The notes beneath the pieces were generated by a model. It was not told the origin of the DNA. It did not search any database and saw only the letters and a program-made list of their open reading frames with translations. The position numbers were made by a program, and so were the translations under genes. Below are positions 62,776-64,000 of a stretch of DNA of 64,000 bases, piece after piece. The stretch's first letter is position 1. Each line of letters begins with the position of its first letter. This DNA is from a virus: IMG/VR virus record IMGVR_UViG_3300022848_000006; one strand, written 5' to 3'.

Positions 62776-63156
62776 TTAACCGGATGGTGGGACTAGGTCT
62801 TCGCCAAGCTCTAAGATACCAGACTCTTCCACAAGTGGAGAGTTTGACCCCTTGGCGGTTTTCAAGATCTTGTCCACTCCAAGAGCAATGGCTTCCTTGG
62901 TGCTAAGCGTTCTTAGCTTAGCTAGTCCTGACTCACGAAGTCTTTGTAGAGAGTCTGCTTCCGCCTCTGCTGCGGTCTCATAGATATCAAACGACACAAC
63001 CTCAACAGATCCTTCTCCATGAGTCTTCTTAAAGAACTCAGAGTTAAGGAAGTTGTTTGCTTCAACGTTTGACTTGAAATGTGACACCGGCTTCATAGTG
63101 CCGGGCTGTCTGTTTGAGGGTCTTTGTACAACCCAGTATCTTACTAAACTACTCAT
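62776..63156 (-). CDS. Hypothetical protein
   Basis: 126 aa ORF. Confidence 0.6.
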   Translation of the reverse strand: MSSLVRYWVVQRPSNRQPGTMKPVSHFKSNVEANNFLNSEFFKKTHGEGSVEVVSFDIYETAAEAEADSLQRLRESGLAKLRTLSTKEAIALGVDKILKTAKGSNSPLVEESGILELGEDLVPPSG

Positions 63157-63344
63157 TTTCTATTCTCCAATTGTCTTTCTGTTTTGACCCATTCTAAAAA
63201 TTGCTTTTGACCAAGCAAATCCCACCAATCGTGAAAAGCATAAGAATGCTCGTCATCGGTAAAAGTTAGCAAGGCTTGATGATCTGGTAGTTCAAAACGT
63301 ACCTCGCGATCAATATCAGGACTGTATTTTTTATGATTTTTCAT
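63153..63344 (-). CDS. Hypothetical protein
   Basis: GGAG RBS, 63 aa. Confidence 0.55.
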   Translation of the reverse strand: MKNHKKYSPDIDREVRFELPDHQALLTFTDDEHSYAFHDWWDLLGQKQFLEWVKTERQLENRK

Positions 63345-63358
63345 TTACTTCTCCAAAT

Positions 63359-63430
63359 TGTGAGTACCGGAATCGAACCGGTCCTGACCCTCAGGATGGG
63401 CCATTATATTATCCTCTAAACCCTACTCGC
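63359..63430 (-). tRNA. tRNA-Arg(CCT)-like, degenerate
   Basis: GCGAGTA/TACTCAC, GGCCC-ATCCTGA-GGGTC, CCGG-TTCGATT-CCGG; weak D stem. Confidence 0.55.
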
Positions 63431-63711
63431 TGTCCATATCATCTGGCTCTTGTTGAGCCTCAAGATTATTATAGCCAATAATCATAAAAAGATCAACTTA
63501 AATTTTCCACTTTGGCTTCCAATTCTCACAATAATTGTTTATGCAGGATTGCCATTTTCTATCAAATCCGCAATCTAGTTTGTAATAATACAAGAACAGC
63601 AAACGAAAAGACTTGTCTTCATATCTAGACTGATACACTAAACTTTCTTTTGCCAGACATATGTGTAGCTCCTGTGATACGGATAACTACATATATTACA
63701 CACCAAAAGTT

Positions 63712-64000
63712 TTAAGATTCTTGAGATTCCATATCTATTTCTCCAGAATCTAATTGCTTAGTTTCGTGAAGATAGAAATTGGGGGACTTTGCTTTTGCGA
63801 AATACTCGTTAACTCCATATTTCATCAAAACAACACCCTCATCACAAGGAGCCCCTTCGTCGAGAGGTAAGCAGTCTTTGAACCCACTCTTAAAGAAGCT
63901 TTTGTCCATATAATAATCGACATCTATATCTTCAAACAAACCTCGTTCCATTTCTGGGACATGATTAATACCGTTCTGTAGACAAAACTCTTTAACCTGA
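63712..64000 (-). CDS. Probable RNA ligase C-terminus (partial, 5' end outside window)
   Basis: QVKEFCLQNGINHVPEM...CDEGVVL...FAKAKSPNFYLHE resembles nucleotidyltransferase motifs IV-V of Rnl2-like ligases. Confidence 0.55.
   Translation of the reverse strand, partial: QVKEFCLQNGINHVPEMERGLFEDIDVDYYMDKSFFKSGFKDCLPLDEGAPCDEGVVLMKYGVNEYFAKAKSPNFYLHETKQLDSGEIDMESQES

Noticed and set aside
184-64000. Numerous plus-strand ORFs in the track (e.g. 712-1152, 15959-16399, 20131-20517, 45466-45849, 59907-60203)
   Set aside because: Antisense shadows of well-supported minus-strand genes or intergenic noise with no recognisable motifs; only 37702-38622 is a credible plus-strand gene.
1-64000. CRISPR array
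   Set aside because: No run of identical direct repeats with unique spacers was seen; the three units at 44853-45088 share only short loop motifs and have different stems.
1-64000. Alternative genetic code (stop-codon reassignment)
   Set aside because: Long core genes are intact in code 11 and no suppressor tRNA was found; broken genes are explained by frame changes, not in-frame stops.

Overview
A 64 kb segment of a large dsDNA bacteriophage genome, almost entirely coded on the minus strand in the standard genetic code. It is cut at both ends, inside a MazG-like gene and inside a probable RNA ligase. 1-9 kb: replication/recombination module (primase, DnaB helicase, RecA/UvsX, PhoH, dUTPase). 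9-20 kb: class II ribonucleotide reductase with two inteins, and a membrane/secreted cassette containing a thioredoxin-like protein and a papain-family protease with an intein at its catalytic Cys. 20-29 kb: phage sigma factor, SSB, dCMP deaminase and glycan-modification genes. 29-64 kb: accessory and RNA-rich region with polynucleotide kinases, a tmRNA (tag about VVENFALAA), NAMPT- and PRPP-synthetase-like genes (candidate NARP1 NAD salvage), about a dozen recognisable tRNAs, several atypical tRNA-like RNAs, homing endonucleases and many deletion/frameshift-damaged genes. The most notable observation lies directly upstream of a Ro60/TROVE-like (DUF2828-type) vWA gene: a promoter-driven array of three stem-closed RNA units sharing an internal C-H-GCAA...AAA-Y motif. 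The middle unit holds a circularly permuted tRNA module (T arm, closed acceptor hairpin, D arm) resembling YrlA Y RNAs. Several clues point to a Planctomycetota host (inference). All family assignments come from motif recognition by eye; no database searches were run.
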